Origin: Macrostomum lignano
Lineage: Eukaryota
DNA length: 64,000 nucleotides
Direction of reading: 5' to 3'
NCBI GenBank assembly: GCA_002269645.1
Contig: NIVC01000903.1
Location: 1 to 64,000 of the forward strand
Part shown: positions 1 through 11,820 of the stretch, in pieces
Numbering within the stretch: the stretch's first letter is position 1
Layout of the letters: each line of letters opens with the position of its first letter
The notes under the pieces: generated by a model
Told to the model about the DNA's origin: nothing
Databases searched by the model: none
The model's input: the letters and a program-made list of their open reading frames with translations, nothing else
Position numbers and translations under genes: made by a program

Positions 1-774
1 TGAATTGGGAAAAGTGCGCGACGATACAAGGGTCCCCGTATGTACGTGCCATGCGGAGTTCCAGAACTAATTGTGAACTGTTGCGGCTAGAAGTGTTTAT
101 TTATCAGTCAAACATGCTTAATCTAAGCGCGGCCTGGCCATTATCCGACCGAATATTGGAGAACGTTTGGCTACTATTCGATTGTTGTTTAATCCTGGTA
201 GTCACACTACGAAATCGTTCGTGTCAATGATTTGGAAAGTTAATGAAGCAAGCTCAGTTCGGCCGACTGGCCAAGGAGATTTGAGCGCCAAGAATGTGGA
301 AATGCCCTCTCAACGAGAATGTTCATGTTGTCGAAGATCCTGTTGTAATGATGCCACCTCCAGCTCCACCAATGACGCCTTTTGAAAAGGTTGCAGACTG
401 GACCGAGTTCAAAGTAGGCATTGGAAGGGACGTTGTAGAAATCAAGCAAAGTCCTTGGAAAATAATACGAGTTTGTTTGCGCATCCGAATTCATATGAAG
501 TGCTTCGGGATCGGAACAACTCTGTCTGGAATTGGAATGTCGATCTTGACGCGGAGGATAGCGCAGAGTCAGTTGAAATTGAGCATGTGTCAGAGTCAGT
601 TAAAAGTGATCGTGTGTCAGAGTCCGTGCCATCAAATGTTCCGCGGCGCAGTCGGCGTAAAAAGGATGTTGGGAAGGCAAGTTGCGCTACGCGTCGGAGT
701 AGTCGACTGAGCGCTAAAGCAAACACATTAGAGTCTGTGTCTGTTGCAGCTCTAGTGTATCTGGTCAGAGCTTA

Positions 775-2415
775 TTGAGAAGAAGCAGTCGCACTCGAGA
801 GCACCATGTTGCAGTTGCATCGGTTGTGGCGACTCAGTTTCGGCGGTTTCAAGCGTTTCTTGCCATTTGGAAAAAGGAAGAGGTCGAGAAAGAAGAGCGA
901 CGTTGTACCAAGTGCTCCTACTCGTCGCAGCGAGCGTTTGAAAACCAGCAGCAAGTGGTCAACTATGCAAATTCTTTACCACGGAAACAGAGATTGACAA
1001 ACGCAGAAAATCATATCTGCGAACCCGTTCGATCGTCGCCTAGGAAGACGGCACCTTTGCAGCAGGAGCAGCAAGATAAACGTCAGTCTGATAATATTCC
1101 AGCTACTTCTACGTATTCATCACCACGAAAGACACGTGCTACTCAGGAGAAGCCTGATGAAGCGATCCGTTCGTCACCCAGAAAGCGGCCTACAATGGAG
1201 CAGCAGCCAGCTAAAGAAAATGTTCCGCAGAGCAGCACTTCAGAAGAGAGCGCTCAAGATGCTCCAATTGTTGAAGATGAAATCGGAGATCCTAATCTGC
1301 CAAAGTGCCTTCGCAATCCGTTCACAGACCAGTTCAAAAAGATGAGGCAAGACTTTTTCAATGAAAACATAACAAAAGTATCACATTTGAAACAGTGCTA
1401 CGTGTGTAGGGAAAAGTTTCCTGGAAAATATTTTAGCATCGATTCTGAAGACATGTGCGATCGTTGTTTCAGAGATGACAATGAGCCGAAATCGTTTAGC
1501 CAAGAAAACAATGCGATTCCGATGTTGGAGCAGCCAGAAGATTTGCAAGATTTGAGTGTAGCAGAGCAAATGTTGATTTCGCCAGTTTTGTCGGTTATTG
1601 TTGTGGTACAAATTTTTCCCCAAAAGCAAACAAAATCGAGAGGACACGGAATCATGTTGCCTCAAGATCAGTCGCACGTTTTGCGAGAGCTGCCAAGACG
1701 ATCTCTGCCAGTTGTTTTAATGTACGACGAAAGAGCCCGTGTTCAGCCTGGAGAAGCGCAAAGCGGCACAATGAACAATTTGCGAGTTCGACGCGACAAA
1801 GTGACTAATGCGATGCGCTATTTAATGGCAAACAACAAGTACTTTAGACAGTATCAGGTTTCAATGAATAATGATGCGTTGCTACATCTGCCTGAAGATG
1901 GTTATGCTCATCAAGTAGAAGGTATGATTGTCGAAATGCAGTCTGACAATGAAGTGAATTTCGAGGCGGCACAGCAAGAAGGCGGCTCAGCCAGAGCTGA
2001 GCGATTGCAGCAACAAGTAGAAAAAAATGCGGACGAGACGAACGAGCTCGAGGAAACAATTAGTTCGCTGTTGGAGACTCCTTTGCGTCGATTGGAATCG
2101 GCAGTACGAGACAAATTTTTGAGTGAAAAATTGAAATGGCCAGCAAGAAGCAACGAGCCGGTAAACGAATTTCAGGATGAAGGATATTTTACATTGGCTT
2201 ATCCTCATCTCTTTCCGGATGGAGCAGGAGATTATAGTACGCCACGTAATTTTGGACTAAGTTTGGGCGACTATGCAAAGCATTTGATGCAATTCCGGTG
2301 TCCAAGATTTCGTACCGATTTGCGGTTTAAATTTTACATTGAAAATATGGTGATGCGTTGGAGGGCGCTGGAAGTTGTCGCGTGTTTGTACACGACAACA
2401 AGTATGCTGGATTAA
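775..2415 (+). CDS. N-terminal part of Helitron RepHel (Zn finger, DUF6570-like, Helitron_like_N), out of frame with the rest
   Basis: Ends ...MRWRALE then runs out of frame. One added A at ~2373 gives RWRALESCRVFV, continuing into ORF 2358-5735. The true start is uncertain; upstream frame-2 segments (455-997) look like further disrupted N-terminal coding sequence. Confidence 0.75.
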   Translation: MRRSSRTREHHVAVASVVATQFRRFQAFLAIWKKEEVEKEERRCTKCSYSSQRAFENQQQVVNYANSLPRKQRLTNAENHICEPVRSSPRKTAPLQQEQQDKRQSDNIPATSTYSSPRKTRATQEKPDEAIRSSPRKRPTMEQQPAKENVPQSSTSEESAQDAPIVEDEIGDPNLPKCLRNPFTDQFKKMRQDFFNENITKVSHLKQCYVCREKFPGKYFSIDSEDMCDRCFRDDNEPKSFSQENNAIPMLEQPEDLQDLSVAEQMLISPVLSVIVVVQIFPQKQTKSRGHGIMLPQDQSHVLRELPRRSLPVVLMYDERARVQPGEAQSGTMNNLRVRRDKVTNAMRYLMANNKYFRQYQVSMNNDALLHLPEDGYAHQVEGMIVEMQSDNEVNFEAAQQEGGSARAERLQQQVEKNADETNELEETISSLLETPLRRLESAVRDKFLSEKLKWPARSNEPVNEFQDEGYFTLAYPHLFPDGAGDYSTPRNFGLSLGDYAKHLMQFRCPRFRTDLRFKFYIENMVMRWRALEVVACLYTTTSMLD

Positions 2416-5400
2416 GTGCCAAGGAAATGATTGAAGCACTAAATGACCCGGCAGTATTGGCTAGCGTGTCAGTTCGAGCATCAGATTTGCGAGGCACAAG
2501 CGCTTATTGGCAGAGTAAAGGACGGCAATTGGAAGCCATGATTCGAACGCTTGGTGTTCCTCATTTTTTCGTGACACTATCGGCAGCAGATGTACATTGG
2601 CCAGAGTTGCAGCATGCCTGGGGAATCGATGCAGAGCAATATGAAAGCAATGTAGAACTAAGAGCAGAAATGTTGTCAAAGTTGCAAAAAGATCCCGGAA
2701 TGGCAGACACTGTGTTTTGGTTGCGATTTGAAACATGTTTGAAACGTTTTTTGGTCGAGCACTGGAAAGTAAACGATTATTGGTTTCGCATAGAATATCA
2801 GAGTCGCGGAAGTCCACACGTTCACGGTTGCATTTGGATGCCAGATGGTGTTGATGTGACATCGAATACATTGAATGCAGAAGAATTGACGAGCTTTGTT
2901 GACAAGTACATCTGTAGTTGGAATTTGGCCATGGACGAATCGGATTATGGAAATCAAGTTTTGAATGGCAGTTTAGCAGGTCAAGGTCATCCAGCTCAAC
3001 TGAAACCGGAAGAGATTGAAAATGACAAGCAAGATTTGCAGTTAATTTCGCATTTGACAGAGAGGCACACTATTTGCAGTAAAAAGTGCTTGCGAACAGT
3101 AAAAGGCAAACAAGAGTGCCGATTCAAGTATCCGCGCGAGCCGCAGGAAAAGACTGTTGCAAAGCGAGTATCCCGTTTAAATTGGCAAGTTGAGACGCAG
3201 CGCAACGACGAGCGAATGATTTCTCACAGTCCGCAGTTGCTGTGCATGTGGAGAGCCAATGTCGATGTTCAAATGATTTCGTCCGTGAAGAATTTGATTC
3301 GCTATTTGATCAAGTATGCGACAAAAAGCGAAAAGGAGTCGGATTATATGGCGGAGCTGACAAAGCGTCTTCATAAGGAGTTGGAAGATAATGCAGAACA
3401 GAATGCCGATAACAATTTTCAGCGTAGCAACACTGCAAGGCGTGTTGTACAACAACACTTGATGGCGCAAGTTGGAGCGCGTGATTATTCGGCGCAAGAG
3501 GCAATGCATTTGCTATTGCAGACGTCAATGTACAAGGGTTCGCGAGAATTTGTTTTTGTTCAGACTGGCGAAACCCGCGCAGTGGAGGAAAAGGGTGTTT
3601 GCAGGAATAGTTGCGACAAGTATTCAAAGCGTGCAAAGAATTTGGAAAATGTAACAATGTTTCGTTTCTTTTCCGACTACTGTCTCAGCCCTAATGGGAG
3701 GTGCACAAAAAGGCCGAAACAAGTAGTTTTGCTAATCAGTCCATTTTTTCGACCGAATGAGCAATCAGACGAAAGACGCGAAGGCTATTATCGGCAGCAG
3801 GTTTTGTTGTACAGTTGTTGGCGAAATGAGCGAGAAGCCAAAGGTTTGCACACAAGCTGGCAGCAAGCGTACGAAGCCATGCCTGCTGAGAATCGATGCG
3901 AGCTGCAGCTGCCCAATTTGGACGATTTGCGCAACGACGAAGCTGACGAAGAAGTCGAAGCAGTTGCGGAGCTACCCGAAATGACCAACGCAAATGCGCA
4001 ATCTGCTGCTCAGCCAACTTATGAGCACGAAGAGCAAGAAGATTGGATGGTTGCAGTGGGGGCACTTCATCGCGAGAGAAATCTATTGGCCTGTCCAGAA
4101 GATCAATTGCCAAAGCCGCCAGAAAATTTTGACTGGAGCGCAGCTAGTGGCGGCCAGTTTCCAACGGTTGGAGAAGCAAAGGCGTTTTTAAGTAGCGACC
4201 TAAAACTTGGCGCAAGAGAGGTCGCTGACATGCCGATAAACAGTGTTGAATCGCTTAATGTTCGGCAGCGAGAAATGTACAACCTAATTGAAAGTCATTT
4301 GCAGCTTTCAAGACTAGCCGAAGAAAACCAAGGCGAAAAGCCGGAGCCTCTCAAAGCAATTTTGTATGGTAGCGCTGGAACTGGAAAAAGCTACTTGATT
4401 TCTACATTGCGTCGGTTGATTGGAGAATCAAGATGCAGAATTATGGCATCAACAGGCGTAGCCGCTTTCAATATTGCAGGCGAAACTTTGCACTCGGCTT
4501 TGAAATTGAATGTAAATTTTAGTGCTGGTGTTGGCAAGAAATCCCTAATGGAGATGCAAGAGCAGTGGAAAGATGTGCGCTACATTTTTATTGACGAATT
4601 TAGCATGCTTGGCCAAAGGTTACTCCGTAAGGTGGATGCTCGTTTGCGCGAATTGTTTCCAGAACACAGTAAACAGAGTTTTGGTGGTCGATCTGTAATC
4701 CTAATTGGCGACGTGTTTCAATTGCCTCCAGTTTTGGACACGCAACTGTACGTTTACAATCCAAATCAAAAGAAGCACGATATATTGAAATCTGAAGGCT
4801 ATAAATTGTACATGGAGTTCAAAAAGGTTGTGCATCTGACAGAACAAGTCCGACAAGCAAACGATACGGAATTCGCCCAGTTGTTGGATAAACTTCGCGA
4901 AGGCAAGGCCGACGAAGCCTGCTGGAATTCGTTGATGAACAATTGTCGCGTCTATGCTCCCGACCTTTTGCCTGAAGGTTTCCAAAGCGGGTGTACATTT
5001 TTATATCACACTAACGAGGATGTGAGAAATCGCAACTACATGCTATTGGGAAAGATGGTTTCCGAATTGAATCCTGTGCGGCAAATTAACGCAATTTGTA
5101 AAGGAGACGAAGCAAAATTGTGTGGCAAAAAGAAGGAACATAAAAAATCGGATACGAATCTGGAGAAGCGACTCTATTTGTGTATTGGTGCTCGAGTAAT
5201 GCTAACTAGAAATCTGTCAGTACGCAATGGACTTGTGAATGGATCAGTTGGAACTGTACGAGGAATTTGCTACGCTCCTGGAAGGCAATCACCAAAGGAT
5301 TGGCCAGATTGTATTTGGGTTGAATTTGACAATTATTCTGGCCCAGCAATGGGGGCAATTGTACAAGATAATCGTGCAATTCGTGTAGTGCCAATTCTGT

Positions 5401-5735
5401 CAGTAACGAATGAAAAGTTTAAAGGAGGAGCCCAATTGTCGCGTCAACAATTTCCACTACGATTGGCTTGGGCTAGTACGATTCACAAGAGCCAAGGACT
5501 TACAATTCCAAAAGCGTACGTGGCGTTTAGCAAAGGAGGCGCCAGGAAAGCTATTCCAGCTGGATTATTTTATACTGCGGTGAGTAGAGTTCGTGCATTT
5601 GCAGATTTGCGAGTATCAAGTTGCGATTACAACAATTTCGTGAGCCTTTTTTCTGCACAAAAAGTGCAGACGCAGTTGCATGAGCAAAAGCGTTTGCTGA
5701 GAATGTGCTCATCCGCGAATTCTGATAGCCGCTAA
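2358..5735 (+). CDS. HUH replication initiator plus PIF1-family DNA helicase (C-terminal 1125 aa of RepHel)
   Basis: Complete set of HUH and SF1B helicase motifs. The ORF stops ~45 aa after helicase motif VI, with no C-terminal AP endonuclease. Confidence 0.92.
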   Translation: MEGAGSCRVFVHDNKYAGLSAKEMIEALNDPAVLASVSVRASDLRGTSAYWQSKGRQLEAMIRTLGVPHFFVTLSAADVHWPELQHAWGIDAEQYESNVELRAEMLSKLQKDPGMADTVFWLRFETCLKRFLVEHWKVNDYWFRIEYQSRGSPHVHGCIWMPDGVDVTSNTLNAEELTSFVDKYICSWNLAMDESDYGNQVLNGSLAGQGHPAQLKPEEIENDKQDLQLISHLTERHTICSKKCLRTVKGKQECRFKYPREPQEKTVAKRVSRLNWQVETQRNDERMISHSPQLLCMWRANVDVQMISSVKNLIRYLIKYATKSEKESDYMAELTKRLHKELEDNAEQNADNNFQRSNTARRVVQQHLMAQVGARDYSAQEAMHLLLQTSMYKGSREFVFVQTGETRAVEEKGVCRNSCDKYSKRAKNLENVTMFRFFSDYCLSPNGRCTKRPKQVVLLISPFFRPNEQSDERREGYYRQQVLLYSCWRNEREAKGLHTSWQQAYEAMPAENRCELQLPNLDDLRNDEADEEVEAVAELPEMTNANAQSAAQPTYEHEEQEDWMVAVGALHRERNLLACPEDQLPKPPENFDWSAASGGQFPTVGEAKAFLSSDLKLGAREVADMPINSVESLNVRQREMYNLIESHLQLSRLAEENQGEKPEPLKAILYGSAGTGKSYLISTLRRLIGESRCRIMASTGVAAFNIAGETLHSALKLNVNFSAGVGKKSLMEMQEQWKDVRYIFIDEFSMLGQRLLRKVDARLRELFPEHSKQSFGGRSVILIGDVFQLPPVLDTQLYVYNPNQKKHDILKSEGYKLYMEFKKVVHLTEQVRQANDTEFAQLLDKLREGKADEACWNSLMNNCRVYAPDLLPEGFQSGCTFLYHTNEDVRNRNYMLLGKMVSELNPVRQINAICKGDEAKLCGKKKEHKKSDTNLEKRLYLCIGARVMLTRNLSVRNGLVNGSVGTVRGICYAPGRQSPKDWPDCIWVEFDNYSGPAMGAIVQDNRAIRVVPILSVTNEKFKGGAQLSRQQFPLRLAWASTIHKSQGLTIPKAYVAFSKGGARKAIPAGLFYTAVSRVRAFADLRVSSCDYNNFVSLFSAQKVQTQLHEQKRLLRMCSSANSDSR

Positions 5736-5759
5736 CTTGCTATTCTAAAGTCGGCAACT

Positions 5760-8700
5760 ATTTAGTCAGCAACTATCCATCCAGTCAGCATCCGTCCAGT
5801 CAGCAGCCGTCAGTCAGCAACAATCCAGTCAGCAACCATCCAGTCAGCAACCATCCAGTCAGCAAACATCCATCCAGTCAGCAACCATTCGTCCAGTCAG
5901 CATCCATCCAGTCAGCAACCATCCAGTCAGCAACCATCCAGTCAGCATCCGTCCAGTCAGCAGCCATCCAGTCAGCAACCGTCCATCCAGTCAGCAACAA
6001 TCCAGTCAGCAATCATCCAGTCAGCAACCATCCAGTCACAACCATCCAGTCAGCAGTCATCCAGTCAGCAACCATCCGTCCAGTCAGCAACCATCCGTCC
6101 AGTCAGCAATCATCCGTCCAGTCAGCGACCATCCAGTCGGCAACCATCCAGTCACAACCATACGTCCAGTCAGCAACCATCCAGTCAGCAACCATCCAGT
6201 CAGCAACCATCCATCCATTCAGCAACCATCCAGTCAGCAACCATCCAGTCAGCAACCATCCAGTCAGCAACCATTCGTCCAGCAACCATCCATCCAGTCA
6301 GCAACAATCCAGTCAGCAACCATCCAGTCAGCAAACATCCATCCAGTCAGCAACCATTCGTCCAGTCAGCATCCATCCAGTCAGCAACCATCCAGTCAGC
6401 AACCATCCAGTCAGCATCCGTCCAGTCAGCAGCCATCCAGTCAGCAACCGTCCATCCAGTCAGCAACAATCCAGTCAGCAATCATCCAGTCAGCAACCAT
6501 CCAGTCACAACCATCCAGTCAGCAGTCATCCAGTCAGCAACCATCCGTCCAGTCAGCAACCATCCGTCCAGTCAGCAATCATCCGTCCAGTCAGCGACCA
6601 TCCAGTCGGCAACCATCCAGTCACAACCATACGTCCAGTCAGCAACCATCCAGTCAGCAACCATCCAGTCAGCAACCATCCATCCATTCAGCAACCATCC
6701 AGTCAGCAACCATCCAGTCAGCAACCATCCAGTCAGCAACCATTCGTCCAGCAACCATCCATCCAGTCAGCAACAATCCAGTCAGCAACCATCCAGTCAG
6801 CAACCATCCAGTCAGCAACCATCCGTCCAGTCAGCAACCATCCAGTCAGCAGCCATCCTGTCAGCAGCCATCCAGTCAGCAGCCATCCAGTCAGCAACCG
6901 TCCATCCAGTCAGCACCCATCCAGTCAACAACCATCCAGTCAGCGACCATCCAGTCAGCAACCATCCAGTCAGCAACCATCCAGTCAACAACAGTCCATC
7001 CAGTCAGCAAACATCCATCCAGTCAGCAACCATCCAGTCAACAACAGTCCATCCAGTCAGCAACCATCCATCCAGTCAGCAACAATCCAGTCACAACCAT
7101 ACATCCAGTCAGCAACCATCCAGTCAGCAACCATCCGTCCAGTCAGCAACCATCCAGTCAGCAGCCATCCTGTCAGCAGCCATCCAGTCAGCAGCCATCC
7201 AGTCAGCAACCGTCCATCCAGTCAGCACCCATCCAGTCAACAACCATCCAGTCAGCGACCATCCAGTCAGCAACCATCCAGTCAGCAACCATCCAGTCAG
7301 CAAACATCCATCCAGTCAGCAACCATCCAGTCAACAACAGTCCATCAAGTCAGCAACCAATCATCCAGTCAGCAACAATCCAGTCAGCAACAATCCAGTC
7401 AGCAACAATCCAGTCACAACCATACATCCAGTCAGCAACCATCCAGTCAGCAACCGTCCATCCAGTCAGCAACAATCCAGTCAGCAACAATCCAGTCAGC
7501 AACCGTCCATCCAGTCAGCAACTATCCAGTCAGCAACCATCCATCCAGTCAGCAACCGTCCAGTCAACAACCATCCAGTCAGCGACCATCCAGTTAGCAA
7601 CCATCCAGTCAGCAACCATCCAGTCAACAACAGTCCATCCAGTCAGCAAACATCCATCCAGTCAGCAACCATCCAGTCAACAACAGTCCATCCAGTCAGC
7701 AACCATCCATCCAGTCAGCAACAATCCAGTCACAACCATACATCCAGTCAGCAACCATCCAGTCAGCAACCATCCGTCCAGTCAGCAACCATCCAGTCAG
7801 CAGCCATCCTGTCAGCAGCCATCCAGTCAGCAGCCATCCAGTCAGCAACCGTCCATCCAGTCAGCACCCATCCAGTCAACAACCATCCAGTCAGCGACCA
7901 TCCAGTCAGCAACCATCCAGTCAGCAACCATCCAGTCAGCAAACATCCATCCAGTCAGCAACCATCCAGTCAACAACAGTCCATCAAGTCAGCAACCAAT
8001 CATCCAGTCAGCAACAATCCAGTCAGCAACAATCCAGTCAGCAACAATCCAGTCACAACCATACATCCAGTCAGCAACCATCCAGTCAGCAACCGTCCAT
8101 CCAGTCAGCAACAATCCAGTCAGCAACAATCCAGTCAGCAACCGTCCATCCAGTCAGCAACTATCCAGTCAGCAACCATCCATCCAGTCAGCAACCGTCC
8201 AGTCAGCAACCATCCAGTCAGCAATCATCCATCCAGTCAGCAACCATCCAGTCAACAACCGTCCATCCAGTCAGCAACCATCCAGTCAACAACCATCCAG
8301 TCAGCGACCATCCAGTCAGCAACCATCCAGTCAGCAACCATCCAGTCAGCAACCATCCAGTCAGCAAACATCCATCCAGTCAGCAACCATCCAGTCAACA
8401 ACAGTCCATCCAGTCAGCAACCATCCATCCAGTCAGCAACAATCCAGTCACAACCATACATCCAGTCAGCAACCATCCAGTCAGCAACCGTCCATCCAGT
8501 CAGCAACAATCCAGTCAGCAACAATCCAGTCACAACCATACATCCAGTCAGCAACCATCCAGTCAGCAACCGTCCGTCCAGTCAGCAACAATCCAGTCAG
8601 GAACAATCCAGTCAGCAACCATCCAGTCAGCAACCATCCAGTCAGCAACCGTCCATCCAGTCAGCAACAATCCAGTCACAACCATCCGTCCAGTCAGCAA

Positions 8701-11700
8701 CCATCCAGTCAGCAAACATCCATCCAGTCGGAAACCATCCAGGCAGCAACCATCTAGTCAGCAACCATCCATCGAGTCAGCAACCGTCCAGTCAGCAACC
8801 ATCCAGTCAGCAGCCATCCTGTCAGCAGCCATCCAGTCAGCAAACATTCATCCAGTCAGCAACCATCCATCCAGTCAGCACCCATCCAGTCAACAACCAT
8901 CCAGTCAGCGACCATCCAGTCAGCAACCATCCAGTCAGCAACCATCCAGTCAGCAAACATCCATCCAGTCAGCAACCATCCAGTCAGCAAACATCCATCC
9001 AGTCAGCAACCATCCAGTCAACAACAGTCCATCAAGTCAGCAACCAATCATCCAGTCAGCAACAATCCAGTCAGCAACAATCCAGTCAGCAACAATCCAG
9101 TCACAACCATACATCCAGTCAGCAACCATCCAGTCAGCAACCGTCCATCCAGTCAGCAACAATCCAGTCAGCAACAATCCAGTCAGCAACCGTCCATCCA
9201 GTCAGCAACTATCCAGTCAGCAACCATCCATCCAGTCAGCAACCGTCCAGTCAGCAACCATCCAGTCAGCAATCATCCATCCAGTCAGCAACCATCCAGT
9301 CAACAACCGTCCATCCAGTCAGCAACCATCCAGTCAACAACCATCCAGTCAGCGACCATCCAGTCAGCAACCATCCAGTCAGCAACCATCCAGTCAGCAA
9401 CCATCCAGTCAGCAAACATCCATCCAGTCAGCAACCATCCAGTCAACAACAGTCCATCCAGTCAGCAACCATCCATCCAGTCAGCAACAATCCAGTCACA
9501 ACCATACATCCAGTCAGCAACCATCCAGTCAGCAACCGTCCATCCAGTCAGCAACAATCCAGTCAGCAACAATCCAGTCACAACCATACATCCAGTCAGC
9601 AACCATCCAGTCAGCAACCGTCCATCCAGTCAGCAACAATCCAGTCAGGAACAATCCAGTCAGCAACCATCCAGTCAGCAACCATCCAGTCAGCAACCGT
9701 CCATCCAGTCAGCAACAATCCAGTCACAACCATCCGTCCAGTCAGCAACCATCCAGTCAGCAAACATCCATCCAGTCGGAAACCATCCAGGCAGCAACCA
9801 TCTAGTCAGCAACCATCCATCGAGTCAGCAACCGTCCAGTCAGCAACCATCCTGTCAGCAGCCATCCTGTCAGCAGCCATCCAGTCAGCAAACATTCATC
9901 CAGTCAGCAACCATCCATCCAGTCAGCACCCATCCAGTCAACAACCATCCAGTCAGCGACCATCCAGTCAGCAACCATCCAGTCAGCAAACATCCATCCA
10001 GTCAGCAAACATCCATCCAGTCAGCAACCATCCAGTCAACAACAGTCCATCCAGTCAGCAACAATCCAGTCAGCAACAATCCAGTCACAACCATACATCC
10101 AGTCAGCAACCATCCAGTCAGCAGCCATCTAGTCAGCAGCCATCGAGTCAGCAGCCATCCAGTGAGCAACCGTCCATCCAGTTAGCAACCATCCAGTCAG
10201 CAACCATCCGTCCAGTCAGCAACCATCCAGTCAGCAGCCATCCTGTCAGCAGCCATCCAGTCAGCAGCCATCCAGTCAGCAACCGTCCATCCAGTCAGCA
10301 CCCATCCAGTCAACAACCATCCAGTCAGCGACCATCCAGTCAGCAACCATCCAGTCAGCAACCATCCAGTCAGCAAACATCCATCCAGTCAGCAACCATC
10401 CAGTCAACAACAGTCCATCAAGTCAGCAACCAATCATCCAGTCAGCAACAATCCAGTCAGCAACAATCCAGTCAGCAACAATCCAGTCACAACCATACAT
10501 CCAGTCAGCAACCATCCAGTCAGCAACCGTCCATCCAGTCAGCAACAATCCAGTCAGCAACAATCCAGTCAGCAACCGTCCATCCAGTCAGCAACTATCC
10601 AGTCAGCAACCATCCATCCAGTCAGCAACCGTCCAGTCAGCAACCATCCAGTCAGCAATCATCCATCCAGTCAGCAACCATCCAGTCAACAACCGTCCAT
10701 CCAGTCAGCAACCATCCAGTCAACAACCATCCAGTCAGCGACCATCCAGTCAGCAACCATCCAGTCAGCGACCATCCAGTCAGCAACCATCCAGTCAGCA
10801 ACCATCCAGTCAGCAACCATCCAGTCAGCAAACATCCATCCAGTCAGCAACCATCCAGTCAACAACAGTCCATCCAGTCAGCAACCATCCATCCAGTCAG
10901 CAACAATCCAGTCACAACCATACATCCAGTCAGCAACCATCCAGTCAGCAACCGTCCATCCAGTCAGCAACAATCCAGTCAGCAACAATCCAGTCACAAC
11001 CATACATCCAGTCAGCAACCATCCAGTCAGCAACCGTCCGTCCAGTCAGCAACAATCCAGTCAGGAACAATCCAGTCAGCAACCATCCAGTCAGCAACCA
11101 TCCAGTCAGCAACCGTCCATCCAGTCAGCAACAATCCAGTCACAACCATCCGTCCAGTCAGCAACCATCCAGTCAGCAAACATCCATCCAGTCGGAAACC
11201 ATCCAGGCAGCAACCATCTAGTCAGCAACCATCCATCGAGTCAGCAACCGTCCAGTCAGCAACCATCCAGTCAGCAGCCATCCTGTCAGCAGCCATCCAG
11301 TCAGCAAACATCCATCCAGTCAGCAACCATCCATCCAGTCAGCACCCATCCAGTCAACAACCATCCAGTCAGCGACCATCCAGTCAGCAACCATCCAGTC
11401 AGCAACCATCCAGTCAGCAAACATCCATCCAGTCAGCAACCATCCAGTCAACAACAGTCCATCCAGTCAGCAACAATCCAGTCAGCAACAATCCAGTCAC
11501 AACCATACATCCAGTCAGCAACCATCCAGTCAGCAGCCATCTAGTCAGCAGCCATCGAGTCAGCAGCCATCCAGTGAGCAACCGTCCATCCAGTTAGCAA
11601 CCATCCAGTCAGCAACAATCCAGTCACAACCATACGTCCAGTCAGCAACCATCCAGTCAGCAACCATCCGTCCAGTCAGCAACCATTCCAGTCAGCAACA

Positions 11701-11820
11701 ATCCAGTCACAACCATACGTCCAGTCAGCAACCATCCAGTCAGCAACCGTCCATCCAGTCAGCAACCATCCAGTCAGCAACAATCCAGTCACAACCATAC
11801 GTCCAGTCAACAACCATCCA
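5760..11820. repeat. ~6-kb satellite, 15-bp unit CCATCCAGTCAGCAA with 19-bp (+CCAT/CCGT) variants and higher-order repeats
   Basis: Directly visible. The identical ORFs at 6103-6285 and 6572-6754 show a 469-bp duplication. The rare variant GGAAACCATCCAGGCAGC recurs at ~8730, ~9778 and ~11193. Confidence 0.97.

Larger units (their letters stand above)
775..5735 (+). mobile_element. Helitron-superfamily rolling-circle transposon Rep-helicase coding region (Helentron/HLE2-like), frameshifted
   Basis: ORF 775-2415 has a CxxC..CxxC zinc-finger-like motif (CYVC..CDRC), a DUF6570-like segment (LRVRRDKVTNAMRYL) and AYPHLFPDGAGD. ORF 2358-5735 has HUH Rep motifs (PHFFVTLS; YWFRIEYQSRGSPHVH; YLIKYATK) and PIF1/SF1 helicase motifs (GSAGTGKS, FIDEFSM, FGGRSVILIGDVFQLPPV, QQFPLRLAWASTIHKSQGLT, YTAVSRV). 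Termini were not identified. Confidence 0.93.

Noticed and set aside
5760-11820. CRISPR-like or guide array next to a nuclease/helicase
   Set aside because: Units are contiguous variants of one 15-mer with no unique spacers; the context is eukaryotic and there are no cas genes.
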